Source: Candidatus Hadarchaeota archaeon
Lineage (GTDB): Archaea; CAYQAE01; CAYVLA01
Reading direction: 5' to 3'
Assembly (NCBI GenBank): GCA_964452145.1
Contig: CAYVLA010000028.1
Coordinates: 1-31,176 of the forward strand
Length of the DNA stretch: 31,176 nt
In this document: one piece after another, positions 17,206-25,900 of the stretch
How positions within the stretch are numbered: the stretch's first letter is position 1
Layout of the letters: each line of letters begins with the position of its first letter
Notes under the pieces: model-generated
The model's input: only the letters and a program-made list of their open reading frames with translations
Told to the model about the DNA's origin: nothing
Database searches by the model: none
Program-made: the position numbers and the translations under genes

Positions 17206-17533
17206 GACCCGCCCTCTCTCAACGTCGAGCCGAGAACCGTCTGAAACGGCTCAAAGCCAGGAACGTCGATGCAAGAACCCTGAAGTAGCAGAGCCAGCAG
17301 CAATCCTCCGCCCGCTGGTACCAGCACCCACTTGTTCTGGCCGGGAAGTGGGCCACCATCGCCACTGCGTTGGCCTCCAGTGCTTATATGACCCTTTGGG
17401 GACCCCATCGGTCGGCTTGGATATCGTTCGATACGTGCAGGGACGATGCAACGAACCCGAGACGGTGCTCCCTGATCCGGGGTTCGGCGATCGCATGTCG
17501 CCTGGACGATGCTCCGTCATCCCATCTGTTCGA

Positions 17534-17541
17534 TTAATAAG
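17534..17541 (+). promoter_or_regulatory. TATA box TTAATAAG for galU (near-leaderless)
   Basis: 25 nt upstream of ATG 17566. Confidence 0.65.
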
Positions 17542-17565
17542 CCCGAACGCGATAATTGGCGTTGG

Positions 17566-18450
17566 ATGAAGGTCACAAAGGCCGTGATTCCGGCAGCCGG
17601 CCTGGGAACCCGGATGCTGCCGGCCACCAAGAGCCAGCCCAAGGAGATGCTCCCCGTGGGGCGTAAGCCCTGCATCCAGTACGTGGTGGAGGAACTCCAG
17701 ACCTCGGGCATAGTCGATGCCCTGATAATCACGGGCGCGACCAAGCGGGCCATCGAAGACCACTTCGACGAGAACCTCCTGCTCCGCACCGAGCTAATGG
17801 TTGGCAACAAGAAGAGCCAGCTTGACCAGCTCTCCGAGATTGACGCGATCAACCTCAGGATCTGCTACATTAGGCAGCGCCTCCCAACCGGCATGGCCGA
17901 CGCCGTGGAGCTGTCCAGGGGCTTCGTGGACGATGAGCCGTTCGTCCTCGCCCTTGGCGACACGATAATATCCTCGACATCAGAGACTTCCATGATGTCC
18001 CGCCTTATCAGCAAGCACATCGAGTTGAGACCGATGGCCACCATCGCGGCCAAGAGGGTTTCCCGGGAGGATGTCTCCCGCTACGGGGTGCTGGACGTTG
18101 AGAAGATGGAAGACGGGCTCTATGCCATCAGGGACATCGTCGAGAAGCCCTCTCCCAAGGACGCGCCGAGCAACCTGACCATCTCCGCACGATACGTTCT
18201 GGAGCCCGAGATCTTCCAAGCCATGGAGAGGACCCCCACAAGAAAGGGCGAGAAGCTCTTCACCGACTGCCTCATGACTCTTGCCAAGAAGGGACCCGTC
18301 CTCGCCCTGGAGAACCGGCCCGAGGATACCGTCTACGACATAGGCAGCCCCGAGCTCTATGCCCGGGCATTCATCGCCTTCGCCCTCCAAGACCCGACGA
18401 TGTCGGAAGCCGTCAGGGGCTTCATCAAGGAATTCAAGGGCCGGACCTGA
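17566..18450 (+). CDS. galU: UTP--glucose-1-phosphate uridylyltransferase
   Basis: MKVTKAVIPAAGLGTRMLPATKSQPKEMLPV, KRAIEDHFD, YIRQ, ALGD, SRYGV, IVEKP, YDIG. Confidence 0.92.
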   Translation: MKVTKAVIPAAGLGTRMLPATKSQPKEMLPVGRKPCIQYVVEELQTSGIVDALIITGATKRAIEDHFDENLLLRTELMVGNKKSQLDQLSEIDAINLRICYIRQRLPTGMADAVELSRGFVDDEPFVLALGDTIISSTSETSMMSRLISKHIELRPMATIAAKRVSREDVSRYGVLDVEKMEDGLYAIRDIVEKPSPKDAPSNLTISARYVLEPEIFQAMERTPTRKGEKLFTDCLMTLAKKGPVLALENRPEDTVYDIGSPELYARAFIAFALQDPTMSEAVRGFIKEFKGRT

Positions 18451-18557
18451 CGCTGCGCTGCGCCCAGCCTCACCCGCGCCGGTACTGTGTCCACCATCAT
18501 GCTACACTTTTCACTAGGCCCTTGTGCCTCCAGCCTCCAGCCCGTGCAGATCTTTCG

Positions 18558-19259
18558 CTACCGGTGAAAGCCCAGCCTAGCCCCGACCATGTAGCGCACA
18601 TGGCGCCAGCCATCGCTCAGCGAACTCAGCTTCGATGGCCCACCCTTCCTTGCCCTGTAGCTGATGGGAACCTCGGCAACCCTGAGCCCCGCCCGCTTGG
18701 CCTGAACCAGCATCTCGGAGGCGAACTCCATGCCCTGGGTTTTGAGGTCCATCTTGGACAGGGCATCCCGGGTAAGAGTTCTCATGCCGCAGTGGGCATC
18801 CGACACGCCGACACGAAACAGCAGGTTCAACATCCATGTCAGCAGAGGATTGCCCAGACGGCGCTTGAACCAAGGCATCGCCCCCGGCTCCATTGCCCCC
18901 TTCAGCCTGGAGCCCATGACCAGATCGGCCGATCCTTCCTCCAGGGGGGAGATGAGTCCGGGAAGCTCCGTGAGATCGTAGGTCCCATCCGGGTCGGCCA
19001 TGGCAATGAAGCGGCCCCTGCAGTGCTGGAACGCGAAGCGGTAGGCTGCGCCGTAGCCCAGAGCCGGGGGGTTAGCCACATAGGCACCCTTTGCCCGGGC
19101 GATCCGGGGGGATCCATCCGTCGAGCTGTCCGGGACTATGACCTCAACCCGCCTGCCGGAGAAGGCCGCCCTAGCGGTATCTATCGCCTCACCGATCGTG
19201 GGCTCTTCGTTTCTGCAGGGAAGCACGATCGAGATCTGGGGGACATCCTCAACAGACAC
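18558..19259 (-). CDS. GT2 glycosyltransferase (polyprenol-phosphate glycosyltransferase/DPM1-like)
   Basis: ISIVLPCRNEE, DSSTDGS, LGYGAA, MADPDGTYD, DLVMGSR, VSDAHCGMR, MEFASEM, EVPISY, DGWRH. TATA-like ATTAATA at 19297-19303. Confidence 0.92.
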   Translation of the reverse strand: MSVEDVPQISIVLPCRNEEPTIGEAIDTARAAFSGRRVEVIVPDSSTDGSPRIARAKGAYVANPPALGYGAAYRFAFQHCRGRFIAMADPDGTYDLTELPGLISPLEEGSADLVMGSRLKGAMEPGAMPWFKRRLGNPLLTWMLNLLFRVGVSDAHCGMRTLTRDALSKMDLKTQGMEFASEMLVQAKRAGLRVAEVPISYRARKGGPSKLSSLSDGWRHVRYMVGARLGFHR

Positions 19260-19313
19260 TGGGAGAAACCCGTATTCTGGGCATTGCCCGACCCTCTATT
19301 AATGTCGCGTCGA

Positions 19314-20036
19314 TCAGCGGCCCAGGGTGAGGCGGTCGCCCAGTATGCGGGGAAGCCCTGCCTCGATGATGTCTGCCCTCGCCGACTCCACGTCGTACTC
19401 CGCCCTGAACTGCCCAATCCTGCCCTCGGACGTGTCTATGATGGCGTAGGCGGCCCGGGGATCGCCGTCCCGGGGCTGCCCCACGCCACCCGGGTTGTAG
19501 ATGATCCTCGACTCCCGGTAGGATATCCATCCGCCCTCGACCGGCACCAGCTCCTTGACACCGTCACGCTCGACGAACACCAGGGGCACATGCGTATGGC
19601 CCACGAGAATGGCTTGGTCGGCACATATCTCGAAGCTGGCCCCGGCCTGATGGGTATCGGTGAGGTACTCGGTCGTGGGTTCTCTGGGGCTACCATGTAC
19701 GAGGTGGAAGCCATCCGTCCTGCGAGATCTGGGAAGGCCTCTGAGGTAGTCGCGAGAGGACCGGGTGAGCTCCTCCTCCATGGTCCACCTTGCAGCGATG
19801 GCAGCATAGGGATTGAACCATCCCAGTGACAGCAGGCCAATGCACGCGGCATCATGGTTTCCCAGCACGCATGGTATCTCGAGTCCCTTCACTCTGCCCA
19901 CGCACTCATTGGGATGGGCGCCGTACCCCACCAGATCGCCCAAACAGATGGTCTTCTCGCAGTCCTTGAGTCTCTCCAGAACGGCTTCCAGGGCATGGAT
20001 GTTGGAGTGAATGTCCGAGATTAAACCGATTCTCAA
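19314..20036 (-). CDS. Cytoplasmic metallophosphoesterase (YfcE/MJ0912-like family)
   Basis: ISDIHSN, LGDLVGYG, GNHD, VHGSP, GHTH, NPGGVGQPRDGDPRAAY. Start moved to TTG 20036. Confidence 0.92.
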   Translation of the reverse strand: MRIGLISDIHSNIHALEAVLERLKDCEKTICLGDLVGYGAHPNECVGRVKGLEIPCVLGNHDAACIGLLSLGWFNPYAAIAARWTMEEELTRSSRDYLRGLPRSRRTDGFHLVHGSPREPTTEYLTDTHQAGASFEICADQAILVGHTHVPLVFVERDGVKELVPVEGGWISYRESRIIYNPGGVGQPRDGDPRAAYAIIDTSEGRIGQFRAEYDVESARADIIEAGLPRILGDRLTLGR

Positions 20037-20118
20037 ACGAGCCTGACCCGATCTGCCGGATGAGGCAAGCTGAAAAGTGTAGCCACTTTGCACCCGCCCC
20101 ACAGCGGCGGATGTTCAA

Positions 20119-20125
20119 CTTATAT
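20119..20125 (+). promoter_or_regulatory. TATA box CTTATAT for the FGGY kinase gene
   Basis: About 33 nt before GTG 20158, with SD GGTGAT in between. Confidence 0.55.
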
Positions 20126-20157
20126 CCATGCCCAGACCTCGCCCAAGCGGTGATCCC

Positions 20158-21686
20158 GTGGCTCTCCTGATGGGCCTGGATGTTGGGACGACGGGCTGCA
20201 AGGCATCCGTCTTCGACGAATCCGGGAAGCTGCAGGCCTCCGCCTACAGGGAGTACCCCCTCATCTGCCCAAGGCCTGCCTGGGCCGAGCTTGACCCGAA
20301 ACGAGTCTGGCATGACATAACTTCCGCGATATGCGAGTGCGTCCGGAACCTCGGACCAAGCAGAGATCATGTCGGGGCGTTTCTATCTCGGCACAGGGGG
20401 ACGCCTTCCTGCCCGTCTCCAAGAAGGGAAGGCCCCTCTACAACTCCATCGTCACCCCGGATCAGAGGGCCCAGGACCAGACCCGCTACCTTGAGGAAGC
20501 CTTCGGCCGGGAGGATCTCTTCCGCAGAACCGGCATGGTCCTCTTCCCCATCTACACGCTGAACAAGATCCTGTGGATAAGAGATGCCAAGCCCAGGGTT
20601 TTCTCCAAGGCCGACAAGTTCCTTTGCTGGGAGGATTACGTGAATATGAAGCTCACCGGAGAGGCGGCGATAGACTATTCGCTGGCGAACAGAACCCTGA
20701 TGTTCGATATCCGCAGGAGGGACTGGTCAGAAGAGATCCTGATGGATGTGGGCCTTGAGCCCGGGCTCCTGGCCGAGGTGGTGCCTGCAGGGACTCCGGT
20801 GGGCGAGGTATCCCCGGAAGCTGGAAATGAGACCGGATTGGCGCCGGGCACAACCGTTGTGGCGGGCGGACATGACCAGGCCTGCGGATGTCTCGGCGCA
20901 GGGGTAATCGATGAGGGACCCCTCTACGACGTCACGGGCACGGTCGAGTGCCTCATGCCCGCATTGAGAAAGCCGGTACTGACCAAGCGGATGCTGTTGA
21001 GGGGCTACGGCAACTACTGCCACGTGGTTCCCGCGAGATACCTCATCCTGGGCTACAACATGGCCGCTGGAAGCGTGCTGCGCCGGTTCAGGGACCTTTT
21101 CTGCCGCGAAGAGATCGAGAGGGCCGCGGGCGAGGGCCGTCCCGTCTACGCGGTCCTGGATGAGATGGCTGCCTCCGTTGGGCCTGGATCCGAGGGATTG
21201 GTGCTCTTGCCCTATTTCATGGGAGCCGCCACCCCCAACTGGGATACCCATGCCCGCGGCACGCTGACCGGTCTGACCCTGGCCCATGGAAAGCACCACA
21301 TCGTCAGAGCGATCCTGGAGGGCGTGACCTACGAGCTGAGGAGCAACCTCGAGGCCCTGAACAAGGCAGGCGTGCGCGGCGATGAGATAAGGGCCGTCGG
21401 TGGAGGGGCTAGATCGGCATTCTGGTGTCAGCTGAAGGCTGACATTACCCATCTCCCCGCCCATGTTCCGGGCATTGCTGAGGCTTCCTCGTTGGGCGCC
21501 GCGCTGCTGGCGGGGCTCGGATCCGGAGTCTACTCCGACGTGGTAGAGGCAACGGAGAGGACCTACTCCGTCCAGCGTCGGTTCCTCCCAAGTACCAAAC
21601 AAGCTTATGAGGAGGGATTCCGCCTCTACAAGGCCCTCTACGACAGGTTGGTCCCCCTCTTCCCGGATCTCCGCTGCCTTATCTAG
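20158..21686 (+). pseudogene. FGGY-family carbohydrate kinase (xylulokinase-like) split by a single frameshift near 20374-20377 (recent pseudogene or sequencing error)
   Basis: The N-terminus GLDVGTTGCKASVFD...PRPAWAELDP is in the frame of ORF 20128-20562. The remainder (GVSISAQGD..., DYSLANRT, GGHDQ, LPYFMG, RAILEGV, VGGGARS) is in the frame of ORF 20331-21686. Confidence 0.85.
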
Positions 21687-21824
21687 GTTCGAGCAGCGAG
21701 GCCAAGAGACCGCGGTCAGCCCGGGTGGCCCCAGGTCCCCCGAATCCTGACGGAGCCTAGACAGGTGGTCCTATGTGAAAAAATGTAAAAAGATCCGGGT
21801 CCAGTCCACGGGCGTTCAGGACTT

Positions 21825-22562
21825 GTGGTTGTGTCCCAGATCATAGCAGCCGAACATCTGACCAAGCGGTTCGGAGACCTGACAGCCGTCGATGACGTCT
21901 CGATGGCGGTCGAGAAGGGGGAGCTCTACGGACTGCTCGGCCCGAATGCGGCCGGCAAGACGACCCTGGTGAGAATGTTGTGTGGCCTCGCATCCCCCAC
22001 CAGTGGTTCGGCCCGGGTTCTGGGCGAGGATGTGCCATGCCGCGAGGCCAAGACCAGGATGGGCTATATGCCCCAGGAACCAGCCATATACCTGGAGATG
22101 ACCGTCCACGAGAACCTGCTGCTCTTCGCCCGGCTTTACAGCCTTTCAAGACAGCGGGCCCGCGAGTCCGAGGACCAGCTGCTAGAGTTCATCCAGCTGA
22201 AGGACAGGAGAGACGAGCTGGCGGGGAACCTGAGCGGGGGGATGCGGCACCGGCTGTCCCTCGCATGCGCGATGATCCACCGACCCGAACTCCTCTTCCT
22301 AGACGAGCCCACGGTTGGAGTCGACCCCGAGCTGAGGGCGTACTTCTGGGAGTTCTTCTCCTCACTCCGCAAGGACGGTGTCACGATCCTGCTCACCACC
22401 CATTATATGGACGAGGCCCGGCACTGCACGAGGATCGGCCTGATGAGGCGCGGAAAGCTGATAAGGCAAGGGACGCCCGCCTCCGTCATGTCCGGAGTCG
22501 GTGCCGTCTCCCTCGAGGACGCGTTCCTCAGGATCACCAGGGGAACGGAGGGCCCCCCGTGA
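21825..22562 (+). CDS. ABC-2 type exporter ATP-binding protein
   Basis: Walker A GPNAAGKTT, Q-loop YMPQ, LSGGMR, LFLDEPTVGVDP, TTHYMDEA. A-rich promoter region at 21776-21791. Confidence 0.95.
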   Translation: MVVSQIIAAEHLTKRFGDLTAVDDVSMAVEKGELYGLLGPNAAGKTTLVRMLCGLASPTSGSARVLGEDVPCREAKTRMGYMPQEPAIYLEMTVHENLLLFARLYSLSRQRARESEDQLLEFIQLKDRRDELAGNLSGGMRHRLSLACAMIHRPELLFLDEPTVGVDPELRAYFWEFFSSLRKDGVTILLTTHYMDEARHCTRIGLMRRGKLIRQGTPASVMSGVGAVSLEDAFLRITRGTEGPP

Positions 22563-23698
22563 AGATCCCCAGGCTCCTTGCCATATCCACGAGGGTGTTC
22601 CATGGCCTGAAGAACGACCGCAGGAGCCTGGCGCTCATCGGGATCGTCCCAGTGACCTGGATGTGCATATTCGGTCTGGCTTTCAGCGGCGAGGTGAGGG
22701 ACGTCAGGGTCATCGTTGTCAACCACGACAGGGGCTATTCCGTCCCCGGCACCAACCTGTCCATATCCTCACTGATCATCGAGCATCTTGCCGGCGGAGT
22801 CCTGGACACCGCGATCATGGCGTCCGTTGACGTGGCGGTGGAGGAGGTCAGGGCCGGGAGGAGCGCGGGCGTGGTGGTCTTTCCCGCGGATTTCACCAGG
22901 GACGCGGTAATGGGATTCCTCAACCCTGGTAGCCGTGAGAAGGCGTCGATTCTGCTGAGGCTGGACGAAAGCGACGTCAACATCGCCAACACGATCAGAA
23001 AGGAGGTGGGGGACGCCCTCGTAGCGGCCATGAATGCCTCGGGGCGCGGCAGCCCCGTAACGATCGACGCTGGCGAGGCCATCTACGCCAAGGATGCCAG
23101 GTTCATCGACGCGCTAGTACCCGGGGTACTCGGTTTTGCGACCTACCTGGTTGCCACGATGCTAACGCTGATCAGCTTCGTGGGCGAGAGGACCAGGGGA
23201 ACGCTGGAGAGGCTCCTGTCCACGCCCGTCACGGAGGCGGAGGTCATCGGCGGCTATGCATTGGCCTTCGGACTGGTCAGCATCCTCCAAGTGATCCTGC
23301 TGCTGGTCGTTGCCACCTTGGCCTTCAACATCATGATCGTTGGCAATCTGGCCCTGGCCTTCGTGGTGGCGGCCTTGCTGGCCGTGGTCGGACAATCCCT
23401 GGGGATCCTTCTCTCCAACGCTGCGAAGAGGGAGGCCCAGGCCATGCAGCTGTTCCCCCTCGTGGTCATGCCCGCCTTCCTCCTCTCAGGGGTGTTCTGG
23501 CCTTTGCAGGCAGTGCCTCCCTGGCTGCGACCCGTGTCCTACCTGATACCGACATCCTATGCGGTCGAGGCCCTGCGATCAGTCATGCTGCGCGGCTGGG
23601 GCTTGGGCATGGTCTGGCACCAGGTGCTCGCCCTGATCGTGTTCGCCGCCGTGTTCCTCGTCGCTGCTACCTTTTCACTTCGCCTCGGCAGGCGCTAG
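22559..23698 (+). CDS. ABC-2 type exporter permease (YhhJ/YbhS-like, large extracytoplasmic loop)
   Basis: GTGA overlap with the ATPase stop. (M)KIPRLLAI..., ERTRGTLERLLSTP, FLLSGVFWP, IPTSYAVEALR. The ORF-track start at 21980 is a shadow extension. Confidence 0.93.
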   Translation: MKIPRLLAISTRVFHGLKNDRRSLALIGIVPVTWMCIFGLAFSGEVRDVRVIVVNHDRGYSVPGTNLSISSLIIEHLAGGVLDTAIMASVDVAVEEVRAGRSAGVVVFPADFTRDAVMGFLNPGSREKASILLRLDESDVNIANTIRKEVGDALVAAMNASGRGSPVTIDAGEAIYAKDARFIDALVPGVLGFATYLVATMLTLISFVGERTRGTLERLLSTPVTEAEVIGGYALAFGLVSILQVILLLVVATLAFNIMIVGNLALAFVVAALLAVVGQSLGILLSNAAKREAQAMQLFPLVVMPAFLLSGVFWPLQAVPPWLRPVSYLIPTSYAVEALRSVMLRGWGLGMVWHQVLALIVFAAVFLVAATFSLRLGRR

Positions 23699-23706
23699 AA
23701 CCGGAG

Positions 23707-24351
23707 CTAGGACTCCAGGATCACCGTTTTCGTCCTTTCCGGCAGTCCGCCGAGTTCGACCTCAAGACTGGATCCGCCGAGGCGTTCAACGTCCTCCCGC
23801 AGATTGGCGAACTCCTCAACCGTGGAGAGCCTGCTGAAGGCTGGCAGGTGTCTGGGCGTCCTGTAGTGCATTGGGATCGCGATCGCGGGCGAGATCTCGT
23901 CCACCAAGAGGCTTGCCTCCTTCGGCCCAATAGTGAAGAAGCCTCCGGACGGCACGAATAGGACATCAACCCTACCGATTCGTCGAACCGCGTCCGGCTG
24001 GAGCGTATGGCCGAGATCTCCCAGATGGCACAGCACCACGCCGTCAACGCGGAAGACGTGGATGGTGTTGGCCCCACGAGTCCTGCCTTCTTCGACGTCA
24101 TGATAGGCCGGCAGGCCCCTTACCCAGACCCCCGCATGACTGGTCTCCCCCAGGAAGCCCACGAGCACCCTTGCGTCGGGCTTGGCTGTCTTGCCGATGC
24201 TCGAGTGATCCCGATGCGAATGGGAGCAGAGAACGAGATCCGCACTGGCGATCGGCTCCGGTAGGCCAATCCCGGCGAAGGGATCCGTGACTACCTCCGC
24301 GTTCCTTCCCTCAATGCGGAAGCACGCGTGTCCAAGATAGGTTACTCTCAT
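23707..24351 (-). CDS. MBL-fold metallo-hydrolase (UPF0173/lactamase_B_3-like)
   Basis: MRVTYLGHACF, TDPF, SHSHRDH, AYHD, HLGDLGH, IPMHY. SD AGGAGG. Confidence 0.92.
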   Translation of the reverse strand: MRVTYLGHACFRIEGRNAEVVTDPFAGIGLPEPIASADLVLCSHSHRDHSSIGKTAKPDARVLVGFLGETSHAGVWVRGLPAYHDVEEGRTRGANTIHVFRVDGVVLCHLGDLGHTLQPDAVRRIGRVDVLFVPSGGFFTIGPKEASLLVDEISPAIAIPMHYRTPRHLPAFSRLSTVEEFANLREDVERLGGSSLEVELGGLPERTKTVILES

Positions 24352-24410
24352 CGACGTCCTCCTGGTACGGGTGGGGCGCGGGAATTGAAAAATCGCCCGC
24401 CTAGGTGAGA

Positions 24411-24418
24411 TTTATATA
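24411..24418 (+). promoter_or_regulatory. Canonical TATA box TTTATATA of the padR-ABC operon (may also serve the divergent MBL gene)
   Basis: Archaeal consensus TTTAWATA; reads TATATAAA on the minus strand. Confidence 0.75.
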
Positions 24419-24448
24419 TCGTTTCCGAACTATTCGTTTCCGAACTAT
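24419..24448. promoter_or_regulatory. Tandem operator: 2 x TCGTTTCCGAACTAT, probable PadR binding sites
   Basis: Perfect 15-bp direct repeat (24419-24433, 24434-24448). Each unit contains the dyad TCG-N4-CGA and abuts the TATA box. Confidence 0.7.
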
Positions 24449-24475
24449 ACGCGCAGCTTGGGATGGTTCCCGCTG

Positions 24476-24997
24476 ATGAAGAAGCCTGAGATGGAATGGG
24501 ACAGGCGCCCACCCCCGCCCGGGGGCAAGAGCCCCGAATCGGAAGAACAGAAAAGAAGAGGCCTGCTGAGGCTGTTTGTCCTCAGGGCCCTCTCCTCGGA
24601 ACCCAAATCGGGCTACGATATCCTGAAGGAGATCGCCGAGAAAACACGGGGAGAATGGTCTCCCAGCAAGGGCACCATATACCCCATTCTCTCGGAGCTG
24701 GAGAGGGAAGGGCTCATCGAAGGTGTCGAGAAAGGCGCTAGGGCCCGACATTCTTTCAGAACAACCGAGAGAGGCAGACTGAGTCTGGCCGACCACATCA
24801 ACAAGCACAAGGCCTCCCACCGAGGAAGGATCGACGGGAGGCGGTTGCTCTTCGTTGAGACCTTTTTTGATGATGCGGAAAGAGAGATACTGAAGCTTTC
24901 GCTCGCCATAAGGGAGGAGGCCATGTCGACTCCCAAGAAGAAGCGGGCCATAGCCATCCTGAAGGAAGCGCTTGATTCCATAGAAGCGTTGAGGTAA
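24476..24997 (+). CDS. PadR-family transcriptional regulator
   Basis: RGLLRLFVLRAL, PKSGYDILKEI, WSPSKGTIYPILSELEREGLI, TTERG. Start is ATG 24476 or 24491. Confidence 0.92.
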   Translation: MKKPEMEWDRRPPPPGGKSPESEEQKRRGLLRLFVLRALSSEPKSGYDILKEIAEKTRGEWSPSKGTIYPILSELEREGLIEGVEKGARARHSFRTTERGRLSLADHINKHKASHRGRIDGRRLLFVETFFDDAEREILKLSLAIREEAMSTPKKKRAIAILKEALDSIEALR

Positions 24998-25003
24998 GAG
25001 AAG

Positions 25004-25897
25004 ATGAGCGAGCCGGTTCTAAGATCCGTTGAGCTGACCAAGTACTACCCACCCATGAGGAAGGGCATAGTTGGCATCCGGGACCTCGTCGACACCTTCA
25101 GGAAGCGAAGGGGCAAGATCAAGGCCCTTCACAACGTCAGCTTCGAGGTCAATAGGGGAGAGGTCTTCGGGCTCCTCGGTCCGAACGGAGCAGGAAAGAC
25201 GACGTTCTGCAAGATCATCGGAGACCTAGTCATACCCACCAGCGGAAGTGCCTACGTCCTGGGCCACGACGTGATCAAGGAGCATAAGAAGATCGTCGGC
25301 AGGATGATCTGCGTCTACGGCGGGGAGATCGCCATGTGGGGGGTCTTCGCCTGGAGGATGAGCGTTCATCGCAATCTCAAGTTCATTGCCAACTTGTGGA
25401 AGATACCGAGGGCAGAGACCGAGAAGAGGATCAACTTCGCCCTCGAAGTGCTGGGGCTGGAGGACAAGAAGGATGAGTGGTACCAGAAGCTTTCGGGAGG
25501 AACCCAGCAAAAACTGTACCTGGCCTTGCCCCTCATCGTCCAGGCCCCCATGATCCTGCTAGACGAGCCGACGGTGCGGGTCGATGTATTGACCAGGCGC
25601 GAGATGCACGACATCATCAGACAAAGGCTCTGTGCGGAGATGGGATGCACCGTTCTCTTCACCACCCACAACATGGACGAGGCCGAGAGGGTCTGCGACA
25701 GGGTTGCCATTCTCAGCCAGGGCGAGATAGTGGAGATGGGCACCCCTGCCGAGATCGTGGCCAAGACGGGCGAATCCAAGTTCGAGGACGCCTTCGTCAA
25801 GGCCGTGGGCAAGATCGCGCCCGGCGTTGAGGGAGGGGCCCCTGGCTTCGGCTTTTCGAGGGGCGGCGGATTTCACGGGGGCCGCGGGAGGTTCTAG
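25004..25897 (+). CDS. ABC-2 type exporter ATP-binding protein with Gly/Arg/Phe-rich tail
   Basis: GPNGAGKTT, LSGGTQQ, ILLDEPT, TTHNMDEAE. Tail GAPGFGFSRGGGFHGGRGRF. Confidence 0.93.
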   Translation: MSEPVLRSVELTKYYPPMRKGIVGIRDLVDTFRKRRGKIKALHNVSFEVNRGEVFGLLGPNGAGKTTFCKIIGDLVIPTSGSAYVLGHDVIKEHKKIVGRMICVYGGEIAMWGVFAWRMSVHRNLKFIANLWKIPRAETEKRINFALEVLGLEDKKDEWYQKLSGGTQQKLYLALPLIVQAPMILLDEPTVRVDVLTRREMHDIIRQRLCAEMGCTVLFTTHNMDEAERVCDRVAILSQGEIVEMGTPAEIVAKTGESKFEDAFVKAVGKIAPGVEGGAPGFGFSRGGGFHGGRGRF

Positions 25898-25900
25898 GCC

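Noticed and set aside
18522..19829. 435-aa plus-strand ORF
   Set aside because: Antisense shadow of the GT2 and metallophosphoesterase genes with no motifs. The same applies to other long antisense ORFs (e.g. 2461-3366, 8308-9153, 9110-9874, 20727-21602), which are expected at high GC.
21980..22558. N-terminal ~190 aa of the 572-aa permease ORF
   Set aside because: Pro/Arg-rich shadow frame overlapping the ABC ATPase; the real start is the GTGA overlap at 22559.
24419..24448. Tandem repeat considered as a CRISPR remnant
   Set aside because: The unit is 15 bp with no spacer and no cas genes nearby; its position fits an operator.
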